Below are positions 9,688 to 19,757 of a DNA stretch of 64,000 bases, one piece after another. The first letter of the stretch is position 1; every line of letters starts with the position of its first letter. The translations under genes were made by a program, and so were the position numbers. The stretch covers positions 8,880 through 72,879 of the forward strand of contig CANGTQ010000005.1 of the NCBI GenBank assembly GCA_947456955.1, read 5' to 3'. Source of the DNA: Flavobacteriaceae bacterium. GTDB taxonomy: Bacteria; Bacteroidota; Bacteroidia; Flavobacteriales; Flavobacteriaceae. Below the pieces are notes generated by a model. The model saw only the letters and a program-made list of their open reading frames with translations. It was not told where the DNA came from and did not search any database.

Positions 9688-9712
9688 AAGCTACTGAAAA
9701 GTGGCTTTTTTG
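9688..9712 (+). terminator. Rho-independent terminator after SRPBCC gene
   Basis: aaagctac-tgaaaa-gtggcttt stem (one G-U) followed by a T run. Confidence 0.6.
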
Positions 9713-9723
9713 TTTATTACTGT

Positions 9724-9806
9724 GTCATTTCGAACAAAGTGAGAAATCACATAATCTTGCTACTAAACACCAATAAAATGAGATTTCTCCCGTTGGTCGA
9801 AATGAC
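9724..9806. repeat. REP/MITE-like palindromic element (GTCATTTCGAAC...GTCGAAATGAC termini)
   Basis: Arms gtcatttcgaacaaagtgagaaatc and gagatttctcccgttggtcgaaatgac are inverted. A second compact copy lies at 13745..13808. Confidence 0.7.
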
Positions 9807-9813
9807 AAATAAA

Positions 9814-9868
9814 TTATTTAACCGTTGTCAATCGCTTATCAATAATACGTTCCATATAATCCTGTACA
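9814..9868. repeat. Orphan duplicate of the 3' end of the LTA-synthase-like gene
   Basis: ttatttaaccgttgtcaatcgcttatcaataatacgttccatataatcctgtaca versus 9918..9972 ttatctaactgtagtaagtcgcttatcaataatacgttccatataatcttgaac. On the minus strand it encodes VQDYMERIIDKRLTTVK*. Confidence 0.8.
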
Positions 9869-9917
9869 TTTGATATTAAGAGGAGAATGTCCAGTGGACA
9901 TTCGGTATTTAACTTTT

Positions 9918-11843
9918 TTATCTAACTGTAGTAAGTCGCTTATCAATAATACGTTCCATATAATCTTGAACGAATGCTTTACATTTTAATTCCAATAAAT
10001 CCATAACAGCATTTCGTTTCGAAATTAAATTGTATTCCATGGCTTTATCATTCTTATCATAAAACCCAATGGCTTTTTTACCGTCAAAAGTGCAAATATA
10101 ATCGCCACTCATAAACTGGTACATATTTGAACCGTATTTTATTACAAAAGGCGCTACTTGCCTTTCGCTAATCAAGCTTCTGCCCCAACTTCTAAACGGT
10201 TTTTGGTAGCCAATCATGTCTAATATCGTTGGATAAATATCTATTTGCTGTGCCCAATCATTATTGACACCTACGTATTTTTCATCGGGCGAAAAGAACA
10301 AAATCGGAACGGTATTTTTATTAAATTCTTTTTTATACTCATCGTAAGCAATTGTATTTCCGTGATCGGCAACGAGAACAAAAATAGTGTTTTTGTACCA
10401 CGACTGCTTTTTGGCGGAAGCAAAAAATTGTTTTAAAGAATAATCGGTATATCCAATACTTTCGTTGATATTTACTTTTCCTTTTGGAAACTTACCTTCA
10501 TATTTTTCGGGAACTTTATATGGTTCATGTGACGAAACCGAGAACAATGTCGCCATGAAAGGTTGTTTTTTTTGTGTCAGTTTGTTGTTAAAAAACTGGA
10601 AGAACGGCTCATCCCAAATGCCCCAAACACCATCAAACTCAGCTTCATTATTAAATTCAGTTTTACCATAATAATGATCATAGCCTAAGATATTTCCAAA
10701 ACCTAAAAACCCCATCGAGCCATTTGGTGCACCATGAAAAAAAGAAGTGTCATATCCTTGACTTTCTAAAGTAGAAACCAAAGATTCAATTTTTTGCTTC
10801 GGATAAGGTGATGAAGTAAATGCATTCTGAAACGACGGAATTCCGGCAATTACCGATGACATTCCATGAATCGATTTCCAACCATTAGCATAGGCATTCG
10901 TAAAAATTAAACTGTGTTGCGCGAGTGAATCTACAAATGGTGTATAGCCTTGATAACCCTTAATTTTTGTTCCTTTATTAAACGCACCATTGTATTCACG
11001 CGCAAAACTTTCAAGTATAAAAATCACAACATTAGGCTTGGATGGAGGATTGTTTTTGTACTGTTTTATAGGCATCAATAAACTATCAACCTGCGCTTTT
11101 GAAACGAGATTTACTTTCTTAAACGTATTGGTATTCCAAGTTCTGATAATCGCAAATGGTGTATTTAAAACAATATCTGACTGCGATACATTGGTAACAA
11201 ATCGGCTGGCATCCAAAATATTAATTGGTCGCGTGCTTTTCTTAAAATCACCCCGGATTCCACCGATGCAGAGTATTGCAATTAACAGAAAACTAAATAT
11301 AGATGTTGCAAAGTATTTTAGATCGGGTGTTTCTGTTTTATGATGCACTTTGGTTTTTTTGTAAAGCAAAATCCAAATAAAAGAAAGCGCAAAAAACAAC
11401 AAAAACACATGCCAGTAATTGAGTATGAAATCAAAAAGTAAAAGCATCTTATTACTCTCGTTTTCAAGTGTATCAAGCGATGCTCTTGTACTTCTGCTAA
11501 AAGTATAACGGTAATAAATAAAATCGATAAAATTAGCGGAATAGGCTACTAAATTAGGTATAAAATATAGATAGAAAAGTGTCTTCTGATATTTCTTTCT
11601 GGAGTTATGAAGTGCCGGAATAATTGACCCGATAATAAATAAACTATTGACATACAAAATAGTTGTGGTATCAAAAGCTAGACCGTGGAAACACAATTTT
11701 AAAAAATCAATTACGCCGTCTACTTTTATTAAAGAACTATTGTAAACGTAGAATAAAACTCTGGCTATGGAGTAAAAAACATAAGCCAATAGAATTCTAA
11801 TGGATAGTATTTTATACTCTTCAAAACGGGGGAATTTTTTCAT
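9918..11843 (-). CDS. LTA synthase family / sulfatase-like membrane phosphotransferase
   Basis: 641 aa. Multi-TM N-terminus then alkaline-phosphatase-superfamily domain (VIFILESFAREY, FHGAPNGSMGF, LVADHGN). Confidence 0.8.
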   Translation of the reverse strand: MKKFPRFEEYKILSIRILLAYVFYSIARVLFYVYNSSLIKVDGVIDFLKLCFHGLAFDTTTILYVNSLFIIGSIIPALHNSRKKYQKTLFYLYFIPNLVAYSANFIDFIYYRYTFSRSTRASLDTLENESNKMLLLFDFILNYWHVFLLFFALSFIWILLYKKTKVHHKTETPDLKYFATSIFSFLLIAILCIGGIRGDFKKSTRPINILDASRFVTNVSQSDIVLNTPFAIIRTWNTNTFKKVNLVSKAQVDSLLMPIKQYKNNPPSKPNVVIFILESFAREYNGAFNKGTKIKGYQGYTPFVDSLAQHSLIFTNAYANGWKSIHGMSSVIAGIPSFQNAFTSSPYPKQKIESLVSTLESQGYDTSFFHGAPNGSMGFLGFGNILGYDHYYGKTEFNNEAEFDGVWGIWDEPFFQFFNNKLTQKKQPFMATLFSVSSHEPYKVPEKYEGKFPKGKVNINESIGYTDYSLKQFFASAKKQSWYKNTIFVLVADHGNTIAYDEYKKEFNKNTVPILFFSPDEKYVGVNNDWAQQIDIYPTILDMIGYQKPFRSWGRSLISERQVAPFVIKYGSNMYQFMSGDYICTFDGKKAIGFYDKNDKAMEYNLISKRNAVMDLLELKCKAFVQDYMERIIDKRLTTVR

Positions 11844-11962
11844 ATTCAGGGTAAAATTAAAGGTAACAAAACTACATATTTAGGTTGTAAATGCTGCATA
11901 TTTTAAATTAATATTGTTTAAGAAACTAATATTAATTAATTTGCAATAAAATTACTATTCTA

Positions 11963-13738
11963 ATGACTCCAATATCAAGACTTTTTGACTTCCCATACTA
12001 TCAGCTAAAAAAAAACAACCTCTCAGATTGTCTTGTTACCAAATATGACGGTCGATGGGTAAAAACTTCTACACAACAATATATTGACAAAGCCAATGCT
12101 GTATCAAGAGCTTTACTTCGATTAGGAGTTCTTGAAAATGACAAGATAGCAATAATTTCAACTTCAAATAGGACAGAATGGAATATTATAGACATTGGAA
12201 TACTGCAAGTTGGCGCTCAAAATGTACCTATTTATCCAACTATTGCTGCTGAAGATTATGAATATATTTTAAATCACTCAGAGTCAATTTTTTGTTTTGT
12301 TTCTGATGAAATGATTTATGAAAAAATAAAATCTGTAAAGGCAAATATTCCATTACTAAAAGAAATTTATTCTTTTAACGAGATTAAAGGATGTAAAAAT
12401 TGGTCAGAGATTTTGGAACTTGGAAAAGATGAGAGTAATCAAGATGTAGTTGAAGACAGAAAGAATAATGTTAAACCTAATGATTTAGCAACTATAATTT
12501 ATACCTCTGGAACAACTGGAAAACCTAAAGGCGTTATGCTTTCTCATGATAATATTGTATCCAATGTTTTTGCTGGCGCAATGAGAATTCCTTACACAGA
12601 AGGCAATTATAGAACTATGAGCTATTTACCTGTTTGTCATATCCTGGAACGGTTTTATTTGTATTTATGTCAATATTATAGCATATCAATCTATTTTGGT
12701 GAATCTTTAGATAAAATTGGTGAAAATATAAAAGAAGTAAAACCTCATTTAATAACCGGAGTTCCCAGAGTTCTTGAAAAAATATACGATAAAATATACT
12801 CAAAAGGATTAGAGCTTAAAGGAATAAAAAAGATGCTTTTCTTTTGGGCCATCAATTTAGGATTTCAATTTGAGCCTTATGATGCAAATGGTTGGTGGTA
12901 TAAATTTCAATTAAAAATTGCCAGAAAACTAATCTTTAGTAAATGGAAAGAAGCGGTAGGAGGAAATTTACAACTTATTGCTTGTGGAAGTGCGGCACTT
13001 CAACCCCGTTTAGCTAGAATTTTTGCTGCTGCTGAAATCACAATAATGGAAGGCTATGGATTAACAGAAACTTCTCCACTAGTTGCTATAAATGATATGC
13101 GTAACAATGGTTTCAAAATAGGAACTGTTGGGAAAGTCATTGATAAAGTAGAAGTAAAAATAGCCGAAGATGGAGAAATTTTATGTAAAGGTCCAAACAT
13201 AATGTTAGGGTATTATAAAGACGAAGCCCAAACTAAAGAAGTAATGACTGATGGCTATTTTCACACAGGTGATATAGGAGAAATTGACAGTGAAGGTTTC
13301 TTGAAAATTACTGATCGCAAGAAGGAAATGTTTAAAACTTCGGGTGGGAAATATGTTTCACCACAATTATTGGAAAATGCGATGAAACAATCTCGTTTTG
13401 TAGAACAAATTATGGTGATTGGAGATGGTCAAAAAATGCCTGCAGCGTTTATCCAGCCCAACTTTGCGTTTGTTAAAGAATGGGAGCGAATTCATGGAAT
13501 TCCAATAGGAAATACAAATGAAGAAATAATTTCAAACCCCAAATTAATTGAACGTATTCAAGAAGAGATCAATGAATTAAACAAAAAATTTGGTAGTTGG
13601 GAACAAATAAAACGCTTTGAACTTACTCCCGATGTTTGGTCAATTGATGCCGGACACCTTACTCCTACTATGAAACTCAGACGTAAAATTGTAATGGAGA
13701 AATATAAAGACTTATATAAAAAAATATATAACTCTTAA
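11963..13738 (+). CDS. Long-chain fatty acid--CoA ligase (AMP-dependent synthetase)
   Basis: AMP-binding signature IYTSGTTGKPKGVMLSH, GYGLTET, HTGDIG, TPTMKLRRK. Confidence 0.9.
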   Translation: MTPISRLFDFPYYQLKKNNLSDCLVTKYDGRWVKTSTQQYIDKANAVSRALLRLGVLENDKIAIISTSNRTEWNIIDIGILQVGAQNVPIYPTIAAEDYEYILNHSESIFCFVSDEMIYEKIKSVKANIPLLKEIYSFNEIKGCKNWSEILELGKDESNQDVVEDRKNNVKPNDLATIIYTSGTTGKPKGVMLSHDNIVSNVFAGAMRIPYTEGNYRTMSYLPVCHILERFYLYLCQYYSISIYFGESLDKIGENIKEVKPHLITGVPRVLEKIYDKIYSKGLELKGIKKMLFFWAINLGFQFEPYDANGWWYKFQLKIARKLIFSKWKEAVGGNLQLIACGSAALQPRLARIFAAAEITIMEGYGLTETSPLVAINDMRNNGFKIGTVGKVIDKVEVKIAEDGEILCKGPNIMLGYYKDEAQTKEVMTDGYFHTGDIGEIDSEGFLKITDRKKEMFKTSGGKYVSPQLLENAMKQSRFVEQIMVIGDGQKMPAAFIQPNFAFVKEWERIHGIPIGNTNEEIISNPKLIERIQEEINELNKKFGSWEQIKRFELTPDVWSIDAGHLTPTMKLRRKIVMEKYKDLYKKIYNS

Positions 13739-13744
13739 AGCTTA

Positions 13745-13808
13745 TCATTTCCATCAACGAATGTAATTTCATCGATATTAGCGGGATTTCTCCCTACGTA
13801 CGAAATGA
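13745..13808. repeat. Second copy of the CGAAATGA palindromic element
   Basis: tcatttccatcaacgaatgtaatttc ... gggatttctccctacgtacgaaatga. Same terminal words as 9724..9806. Confidence 0.55.
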
Positions 13809-13892
13809 ATAAAATAGATGTTTATGATTTGACAAAGTGTTCTTTTTAACTAGCATTACTTAACGATTCGCCAGACTTAAAACTTTATCATT

Positions 13893-14945
13893 ATGAAAAT
13901 AAAACTACTATCCTTCATACTGTTCGCATTACTTTTATTTTCGGGTTGCAAAGAAAATAAAGCAGAAGACACCACAAAAGCTAACTATTTGGATTACTCC
14001 AAAAGTGACGACCAAGCAACAGGTGGGATCAAAATGATTCCAATTACAACTCCCATTGGCAAATTCAATGTTTGGACAAAACGTGTTGGGAACAATCCTA
14101 AGATAAAAGTGCTTTTACTACATGGCGGGCCGGGAGGAACTCATGAATTTTTTGAATGTTTTGATGGTTATTTTCCAAATGAAAGTATTGAGTATATCTA
14201 CTACGACCAGTTAGGTTCCTACTACAGCGACAAGCCAAATGATAACAGCTTATGGACGATTGACCGTTTTGTAGACGAAGTGGAGCAAGTGAGAAAAGCA
14301 TTGAAACTTGATAACACTAATTTCTATTTGATGGGACAATCTTGGGGCGGAATTCTAGCAATGGAATATGCACTCAAATACCAAAAAAACCTAAAAGGAT
14401 TAGTAATTGCCAATATGATGGCAAGTGCTCCGGCTTATAACAAATATGCCGAAGAAGTTTTAGGACCACAATTAGACCCGAAAGTATTTGCCCAAATCAA
14501 AGATTTTGAAGCAAAGAAAGATTATACCAATCCAAAATACACCGAATTGTTGTTCAAGTATTATTACACCGAGCATATATTAAGAATGCCAATTGACAAA
14601 TGGCCGGAATCTATCAATAGAGCTTTCAAACATTTAAACCCGAATGTGTATGTTTTTATGCAAGGACCAAGTGAATTTGGAATTACAGGTGATGCAACTT
14701 TAAAAGATTGGGATGTCACTTCAAAACTAAAAACACTTACGATTCCAACCTTAGTCATTGGCGCAAAATATGACACTATGGATCCAAAACACATGGAATG
14801 GATATCTAAAGAAGTTCAAAACGGACGTTTTTTATATTGTCCGAACGGAAGTCATTGCTCTCAATATGATGATCAGGAACATTATTTCCCGGGTGTAATT
14901 TCCTTTTTAAAAGATGTTGATAGCGGAAATTTTAAAAAATTATAA
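13893..14945 (+). CDS. Proline iminopeptidase-family alpha/beta hydrolase, lipoprotein
   Basis: Lipobox LLLFSGC. HGGPGG oxyanion motif, GQSWGG nucleophile elbow. Confidence 0.85.
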   Translation: MKIKLLSFILFALLLFSGCKENKAEDTTKANYLDYSKSDDQATGGIKMIPITTPIGKFNVWTKRVGNNPKIKVLLLHGGPGGTHEFFECFDGYFPNESIEYIYYDQLGSYYSDKPNDNSLWTIDRFVDEVEQVRKALKLDNTNFYLMGQSWGGILAMEYALKYQKNLKGLVIANMMASAPAYNKYAEEVLGPQLDPKVFAQIKDFEAKKDYTNPKYTELLFKYYYTEHILRMPIDKWPESINRAFKHLNPNVYVFMQGPSEFGITGDATLKDWDVTSKLKTLTIPTLVIGAKYDTMDPKHMEWISKEVQNGRFLYCPNGSHCSQYDDQEHYFPGVISFLKDVDSGNFKKL

Positions 14946-14969
14946 ACTAGACTAATATCAATCATATTA

Positions 14970-14998
14970 AAGCCTCTTAATTTTTTTAAGAGGTTTTA
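14970..14998 (+). terminator. Rho-independent terminator
   Basis: aagcctctta-attttttt-taagaggtttt hairpin followed by Ts. Confidence 0.65.
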
Positions 14999-15113
14999 TG
15001 TTTTAATTAAATGCATAGAGTTAATTTTCCTAGTGTTTTTTTTATGTTAAAATCTATATTTACTATGCGTGCATAATATTTGTTTTGTATCTTTGAAATT
15101 GTTTTCATAAAAA

Positions 15114-15545
15114 ATGAAAGATAAAACTATAGATTATATACTCCGCGCAACCTGGCAAGCTGTTTCCAGAATGTACAACGAAGAAGCTTCGAAGTTTGAA
15201 GGTTCTATGGCCATAGGTTTTGCACTGTTAAGCATCGAGAAAGAGGATGGTACTCCGTCAACAGCAATAAGTTCTAGAATGGGAATGGAAGCGACAAGCT
15301 TAACAAGGACTCTAAAAACTTTAGAGGAAAAAGGATTGATTATTCGAAAGAAAAATCCAAATGACGGAAGAGGTGTTTTGATATATTTAACTGATTTTGG
15401 AAAACAAATGAGAGCACAATCTAAAGAAACTGTTATGCAATTCAATGATACCATTCGTAAAAATATCTCAGAAGAAAAATTACAAAACTTCATGGAAGTT
15501 GCAGATATTATTAATGAATTGATTTCCGAGAAGAAGATTTTTTAA
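15114..15545 (+). CDS. MarR family transcriptional regulator
   Basis: 143 aa winged-helix (SRMGMEATSLTRTLKTLEEKGLIIRKKNPNDGRGVLIYLT). Heads the beta-oxidation genes. Confidence 0.85.
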   Translation: MKDKTIDYILRATWQAVSRMYNEEASKFEGSMAIGFALLSIEKEDGTPSTAISSRMGMEATSLTRTLKTLEEKGLIIRKKNPNDGRGVLIYLTDFGKQMRAQSKETVMQFNDTIRKNISEEKLQNFMEVADIINELISEKKIF

Positions 15546-15640
15546 AAATAGATAATAGACGGATAAATATAAGATAATAGACAATCTGTAATAATAAAGT
15601 CCATCATCTATTAGTCTATAATCTATCATCTTTAACAAAC
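15546..15640. repeat. GATAATAGAC-word imperfect palindrome
   Basis: aaatagataatagacggataaatataagataatagacaatc ... catcatctattagtctataatctatcatc. Confidence 0.75.
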
Positions 15641-15645
15641 AACAT

Positions 15646-18036
15646 ATGAAACGAACAATTAAAAAAGTGGCAGTAGTAGGATCCGGAATTATGGGTTCAG
15701 GCATAGCTTGTCATTTTGCCAACATTGGTCTTGAAGTATTGCTTTTGGATATTGTCCCAAATATACTTACTGAAGCTGAAGAAAAAAAAGGACTGACTTT
15801 AGAAAATAAGTTGGTTCGCAACCGCATTGTAAATGAACACTTAGCCAATGCATTAAAGTCAAAACCATCACCTATTTACAGTCAGAAATTTGCAAGTAGA
15901 ATTACAACTGGTAACACTACAGACGATATGGCAAAAATAGTCAACTTCGATTGGGTTATTGAAGTGGTAGTAGAACGTTTAGATATCAAAAAATTAGTTT
16001 TTGAACAAATAGACAAATTCAGAAAACCAGGAACATTGGTGACTTCAAACACTTCAGGAATTCCAATTAAGTTTATGAGCGAAGGCAGAAGCGATGATTT
16101 CCAGAAACATTTCTGCGGAACTCACTTCTTCAATCCTGCCCGTTATTTAAAGTTATTCGAAATCATACCGGGACCTCAAACTTCAACTGAAGTATTGGAT
16201 TTCCTGTTTGATTACGGTTCAAAATATTTAGGTAAAACTTCGGTCGTAGCCAAAGATACTCCAGCTTTTATCGGAAACCGAATAGGAATCTTCGGTATTC
16301 AAAGTTTATTCCACTTGGTAAAAGAAATGGGCTTAACCATTGAAGAAGTAGATAAACTTACCGGACCAGTTATAGGTCGACCAAAATCGGCTACGTTTAG
16401 AACCGTTGATGTAGTTGGTTTAGACACACTCGTTCATGTGGCTAACGGTTTATATGAAGGTTGCCCAAATGACGAAGCTCACGAACTGTTTAAACTTCCT
16501 GATTTCATAAACAAAATGATGGAAAACAAATGGCTAGGTAGCAAAACAGGGCAAGGTTTCTACAAAAAAATTGACAAAGATATACTCTCCTTAGACCTAG
16601 ATACTTTAGAATATCGTTCCGCCAAAAAAGCGTCTTTTGCTACTTTAGAATTGACCAAAACAATTGATAAACCTATCGACCGTTTCAAAGTCTTGGTTAA
16701 AGGAAAAGACAAAGCGGGTGATTTCTACAGAAAGAATTTCTCGGCTATGTTTGCCTATTGCTCGAATAGAATTCCAGAAATCACAGACGAATTCTACAAA
16801 ATTGATGACGCCATGAAAGCCGGTTTCGGTTGGGAAAACGGACCATTCGAAATATGGGATGCCATTGGTGTAGAAAAAGGTATTGAATTGATGCAAACCG
16901 AAGGCAATCAACCTGCAGCTTGGGTTACTGAAATGCTTACTTCTGGAAGTACTAGTTTCTATACCGTGAAAGAAGGCGCAACCTATTACTATAATATATC
17001 AACAAAATCGCAAACCAAAGTCCCAGGACAAGACAGTTTCATTATTCTAAACAATATACGAGACAGTAAAAAAGTATGGAGCAATAGCGGCGCTGTAATT
17101 CATGATTTAGGTGACGGTATCTTAAATCTTGAATTCCAGTCAAAAATGAATACTATTGGTGGAGATGTTTTGGCAGGAATTAACAAAGCAATAGACCTGG
17201 CAGAAACACAATACAACGGTTTGGTTATTGGAAACCAAGCAGCCAATTTTACTGTTGGTGCCAATATTGGAATGATTTTTATGATGGCGGTAGAACAAGA
17301 ATACGAAGAGTTAAACATGGCTATCAAATATTTTCAAGATACGATGATGCGTTGTCGCTACTCTTCTATTCCAGTTATTGTTGCTCCACACGGAATGACA
17401 TTAGGTGGTGGTTGCGAAATGACAATGCATGCCGATAGAGTAGTTGCAGCAGCTGAAAGTTATATTGGCTTGGTAGAATTTGGGGTTGGGGTAATTCCTG
17501 GCGGTGGCGGTTCTAAAGAAATGGCATTAAGAGCATCAGACTTATTTCATAAAAACGACGTGGAACTTAATGTGCTTCAAGAATATTTTTTAGCCGTAGC
17601 AATGGCAAAAGTTTCTACTTCGGCTTACGAAGCTTTTGATATAGGTGTGTTACAAAAAGGAAAAGATATTGTTGTAGTCAACAAAGACCGACAAATTGCT
17701 GTTGCCAAACAAGTTGCATTGCAAATGGCAGAGCAAGGTTATACACAGCCAATTCGTAGAACAGATGTAAAAGTATTGGGTAAGCAAGCCTTAGGAATGT
17801 TCCTAGTAGGAACTGACCAAATGGTTGCTGGAAAATACATCTCAGAACACGATCAAAAAATTGCTAATAAACTGGCTTATGTAATGGCTGGTGGCGATTT
17901 ATCTGAACCAACACTAGTAAGCGAACAATATTTATTAGATATCGAAAGAGAAGCATTTTTAAGCTTGTGTACAGAGAGAAAAACTCTGGAAAGAATTCAG
18001 TTCATGTTAACCAAAGGGAAACCGTTAAGAAATTAG
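15646..18036 (+). CDS. Bifunctional 3-hydroxyacyl-CoA dehydrogenase / enoyl-CoA hydratase
   Basis: 796 aa. N-terminal Rossmann VAVVGSGIMGSGIA (3HCDH), C-terminal crotonase-like domain (APHGMTLGGGCEM). Confidence 0.9.
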   Translation: MKRTIKKVAVVGSGIMGSGIACHFANIGLEVLLLDIVPNILTEAEEKKGLTLENKLVRNRIVNEHLANALKSKPSPIYSQKFASRITTGNTTDDMAKIVNFDWVIEVVVERLDIKKLVFEQIDKFRKPGTLVTSNTSGIPIKFMSEGRSDDFQKHFCGTHFFNPARYLKLFEIIPGPQTSTEVLDFLFDYGSKYLGKTSVVAKDTPAFIGNRIGIFGIQSLFHLVKEMGLTIEEVDKLTGPVIGRPKSATFRTVDVVGLDTLVHVANGLYEGCPNDEAHELFKLPDFINKMMENKWLGSKTGQGFYKKIDKDILSLDLDTLEYRSAKKASFATLELTKTIDKPIDRFKVLVKGKDKAGDFYRKNFSAMFAYCSNRIPEITDEFYKIDDAMKAGFGWENGPFEIWDAIGVEKGIELMQTEGNQPAAWVTEMLTSGSTSFYTVKEGATYYYNISTKSQTKVPGQDSFIILNNIRDSKKVWSNSGAVIHDLGDGILNLEFQSKMNTIGGDVLAGINKAIDLAETQYNGLVIGNQAANFTVGANIGMIFMMAVEQEYEELNMAIKYFQDTMMRCRYSSIPVIVAPHGMTLGGGCEMTMHADRVVAAAESYIGLVEFGVGVIPGGGGSKEMALRASDLFHKNDVELNVLQEYFLAVAMAKVSTSAYEAFDIGVLQKGKDIVVVNKDRQIAVAKQVALQMAEQGYTQPIRRTDVKVLGKQALGMFLVGTDQMVAGKYISEHDQKIANKLAYVMAGGDLSEPTLVSEQYLLDIEREAFLSLCTERKTLERIQFMLTKGKPLRN

Positions 18037-18112
18037 ATAATAGATAATAGACGAAGAGACAATAGACAAAAAGTCTATCATCTATCATCTCTCTATCTAT
18101 CATCTTAAAAAT
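18037..18112. repeat. GATAATAGAC-word imperfect palindrome
   Basis: gataatagataatagacgaagagacaatagacaaaaagtctatcatctatcatctctctatctatcatc. Confidence 0.75.
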
Positions 18113-18120
18113 AAAAAAAA

Positions 18121-19302
18121 ATGAAAACAGCCTATATTGTAAAAGCATACAGAACCGCAGTTGGAAAAGCGCCAAAGGGAGTATTTCGATTCAAACGTCC
18201 CGATGAATTAGCAGCAGAAACAATTCAATACATGATGAACGAGCTACCTGAATTTGACAAAACTCGTATCGATGACGTGATGGTTGGAAATGCTATGCCT
18301 GAAGCCGAACAAGGATTAAACGTCGCGCGTTTGATTTCGCTTATGGGATTAAAAGTAACGGATGTACCGGGCGTGACAGTGAATAGGTATTGCGCTTCCG
18401 GATTAGAAACCATTGCTATGGCAACGGCTAAAATCCAAAGTGGTATGGCTGATTGCATTATCGCCGGAGGAGCTGAAAGTATGAGCTTTATTCCAATGGG
18501 AGGTTATAAACCTACTCCTGATTATGCCGTGGCAAAAGAAGGAAACGAAGACTACTATTGGGGAATGGGATTAACTGCTGAAGCGGTTGCCAAACAATTT
18601 AATGTATCTCGAGAAGACCAAGATGAATTTGCATTCAATTCGCATAGAAAGGCCTTGCAGGCACAAGCTGATGGGAAGTTTGATAAACAAATTGTACCGA
18701 TAATTATTGAGCAAACCTTTATTAATGAAAACGGTAAAAAAGAAACAAAATCGTATACGGTAACTAAAGACGAAGGACCAAGAGTAGATACCAATGCTGA
18801 CGCTTTAGGAAAGTTAAAACCTGTATTTGCAGCCGATGGTAGTGTAACTGCCGGTAATGCTTCTCAAATGAGTGATGGAGCTGCTTTTGTTTTAATCATG
18901 AGTGAGCAAATGGTAAAAGAATTAAACCTTACTCCTATTGCCCGAATGATAAGCTATGCTGCTGCGGGTGTTGAACCACGAATCATGGGAATTGGTCCAG
19001 TGAAGGCCATTCCGAAAGCCTTAAAACAAGCGGGCTTGACTTTGAACGATATTAACTTAGTTGAACTAAACGAAGCTTTTGCATCTCAAGCTTTAGCCGT
19101 TACAAGAGAATTAGGAATAAATCCGGATATCATTAACGTCAATGGTGGTGCAATTGCACTGGGGCATCCATTGGGTTGCACGGGAGCTAAACTTTCTGTT
19201 CAACTATTTGACGAAATGAAACGCCGCGGTAATAAATACGGAATCGTTTCTATGTGTGTTGGAACCGGACAAGGTGCTGCTGGGGTTTATGAGTTGTTGT
19301 AA
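18121..19302 (+). CDS. fadA: Acetyl-CoA C-acyltransferase (thiolase)
   Basis: Active-site Cys context NRYCASGLE. C-terminal NVNGGAIALGHPLGCTGA and CVGTGQGAA. Confidence 0.93.
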   Translation: MKTAYIVKAYRTAVGKAPKGVFRFKRPDELAAETIQYMMNELPEFDKTRIDDVMVGNAMPEAEQGLNVARLISLMGLKVTDVPGVTVNRYCASGLETIAMATAKIQSGMADCIIAGGAESMSFIPMGGYKPTPDYAVAKEGNEDYYWGMGLTAEAVAKQFNVSREDQDEFAFNSHRKALQAQADGKFDKQIVPIIIEQTFINENGKKETKSYTVTKDEGPRVDTNADALGKLKPVFAADGSVTAGNASQMSDGAAFVLIMSEQMVKELNLTPIARMISYAAAGVEPRIMGIGPVKAIPKALKQAGLTLNDINLVELNEAFASQALAVTRELGINPDIINVNGGAIALGHPLGCTGAKLSVQLFDEMKRRGNKYGIVSMCVGTGQGAAGVYELL

Positions 19303-19346
19303 TAGAAAAGACGGATAGATGATAGACGAATAGATAATAGACAAAA

Positions 19347-19715
19347 ATGGAGGATTTTAAGAGACATAATTTTAAGAAACTAAAAGTTTGGCAAATGGGA
19401 ATGGATTTAGCTAAAATTATCTTTGATCTTACTGATACTTTTCCGATTTCTGAAAAATATGGATTAAAAAGTCAAATGGATAGATGTTCGATCTCAATAC
19501 CTTCAAATATTGCTGAGGGTTTAAGTAGAACAAATAAATCATTTTGCCACTTTTTAGATATTTCTCTAGGTTCATCATTTGAGTTACAAACTCAACTTCT
19601 ATTGGCTTATCATAGAAAATATTTATCTGCTGAAGACTCAAATCAAATTGAAATAAAGATTGAAGAATTTCAAAAAGCAACAATGTCATTTCAAAATAAA
19701 TTAAATAATTATTAA
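19347..19715 (+). CDS. Four-helix-bundle protein (23S rRNA intervening-sequence protein family)
   Basis: 122 aa. LKVWQ...SIPSNIAEGLSR hallmark. Sits between thiolase and acyl-CoA dehydrogenase, bracketed by complementary word-repeat arms. Confidence 0.85.
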   Translation: MEDFKRHNFKKLKVWQMGMDLAKIIFDLTDTFPISEKYGLKSQMDRCSISIPSNIAEGLSRTNKSFCHFLDISLGSSFELQTQLLLAYHRKYLSAEDSNQIEIKIEEFQKATMSFQNKLNNY

Positions 19716-19757
19716 TAGCAGGCGTCTATTATCTATCATCTTAAAAAAACAGAAACA

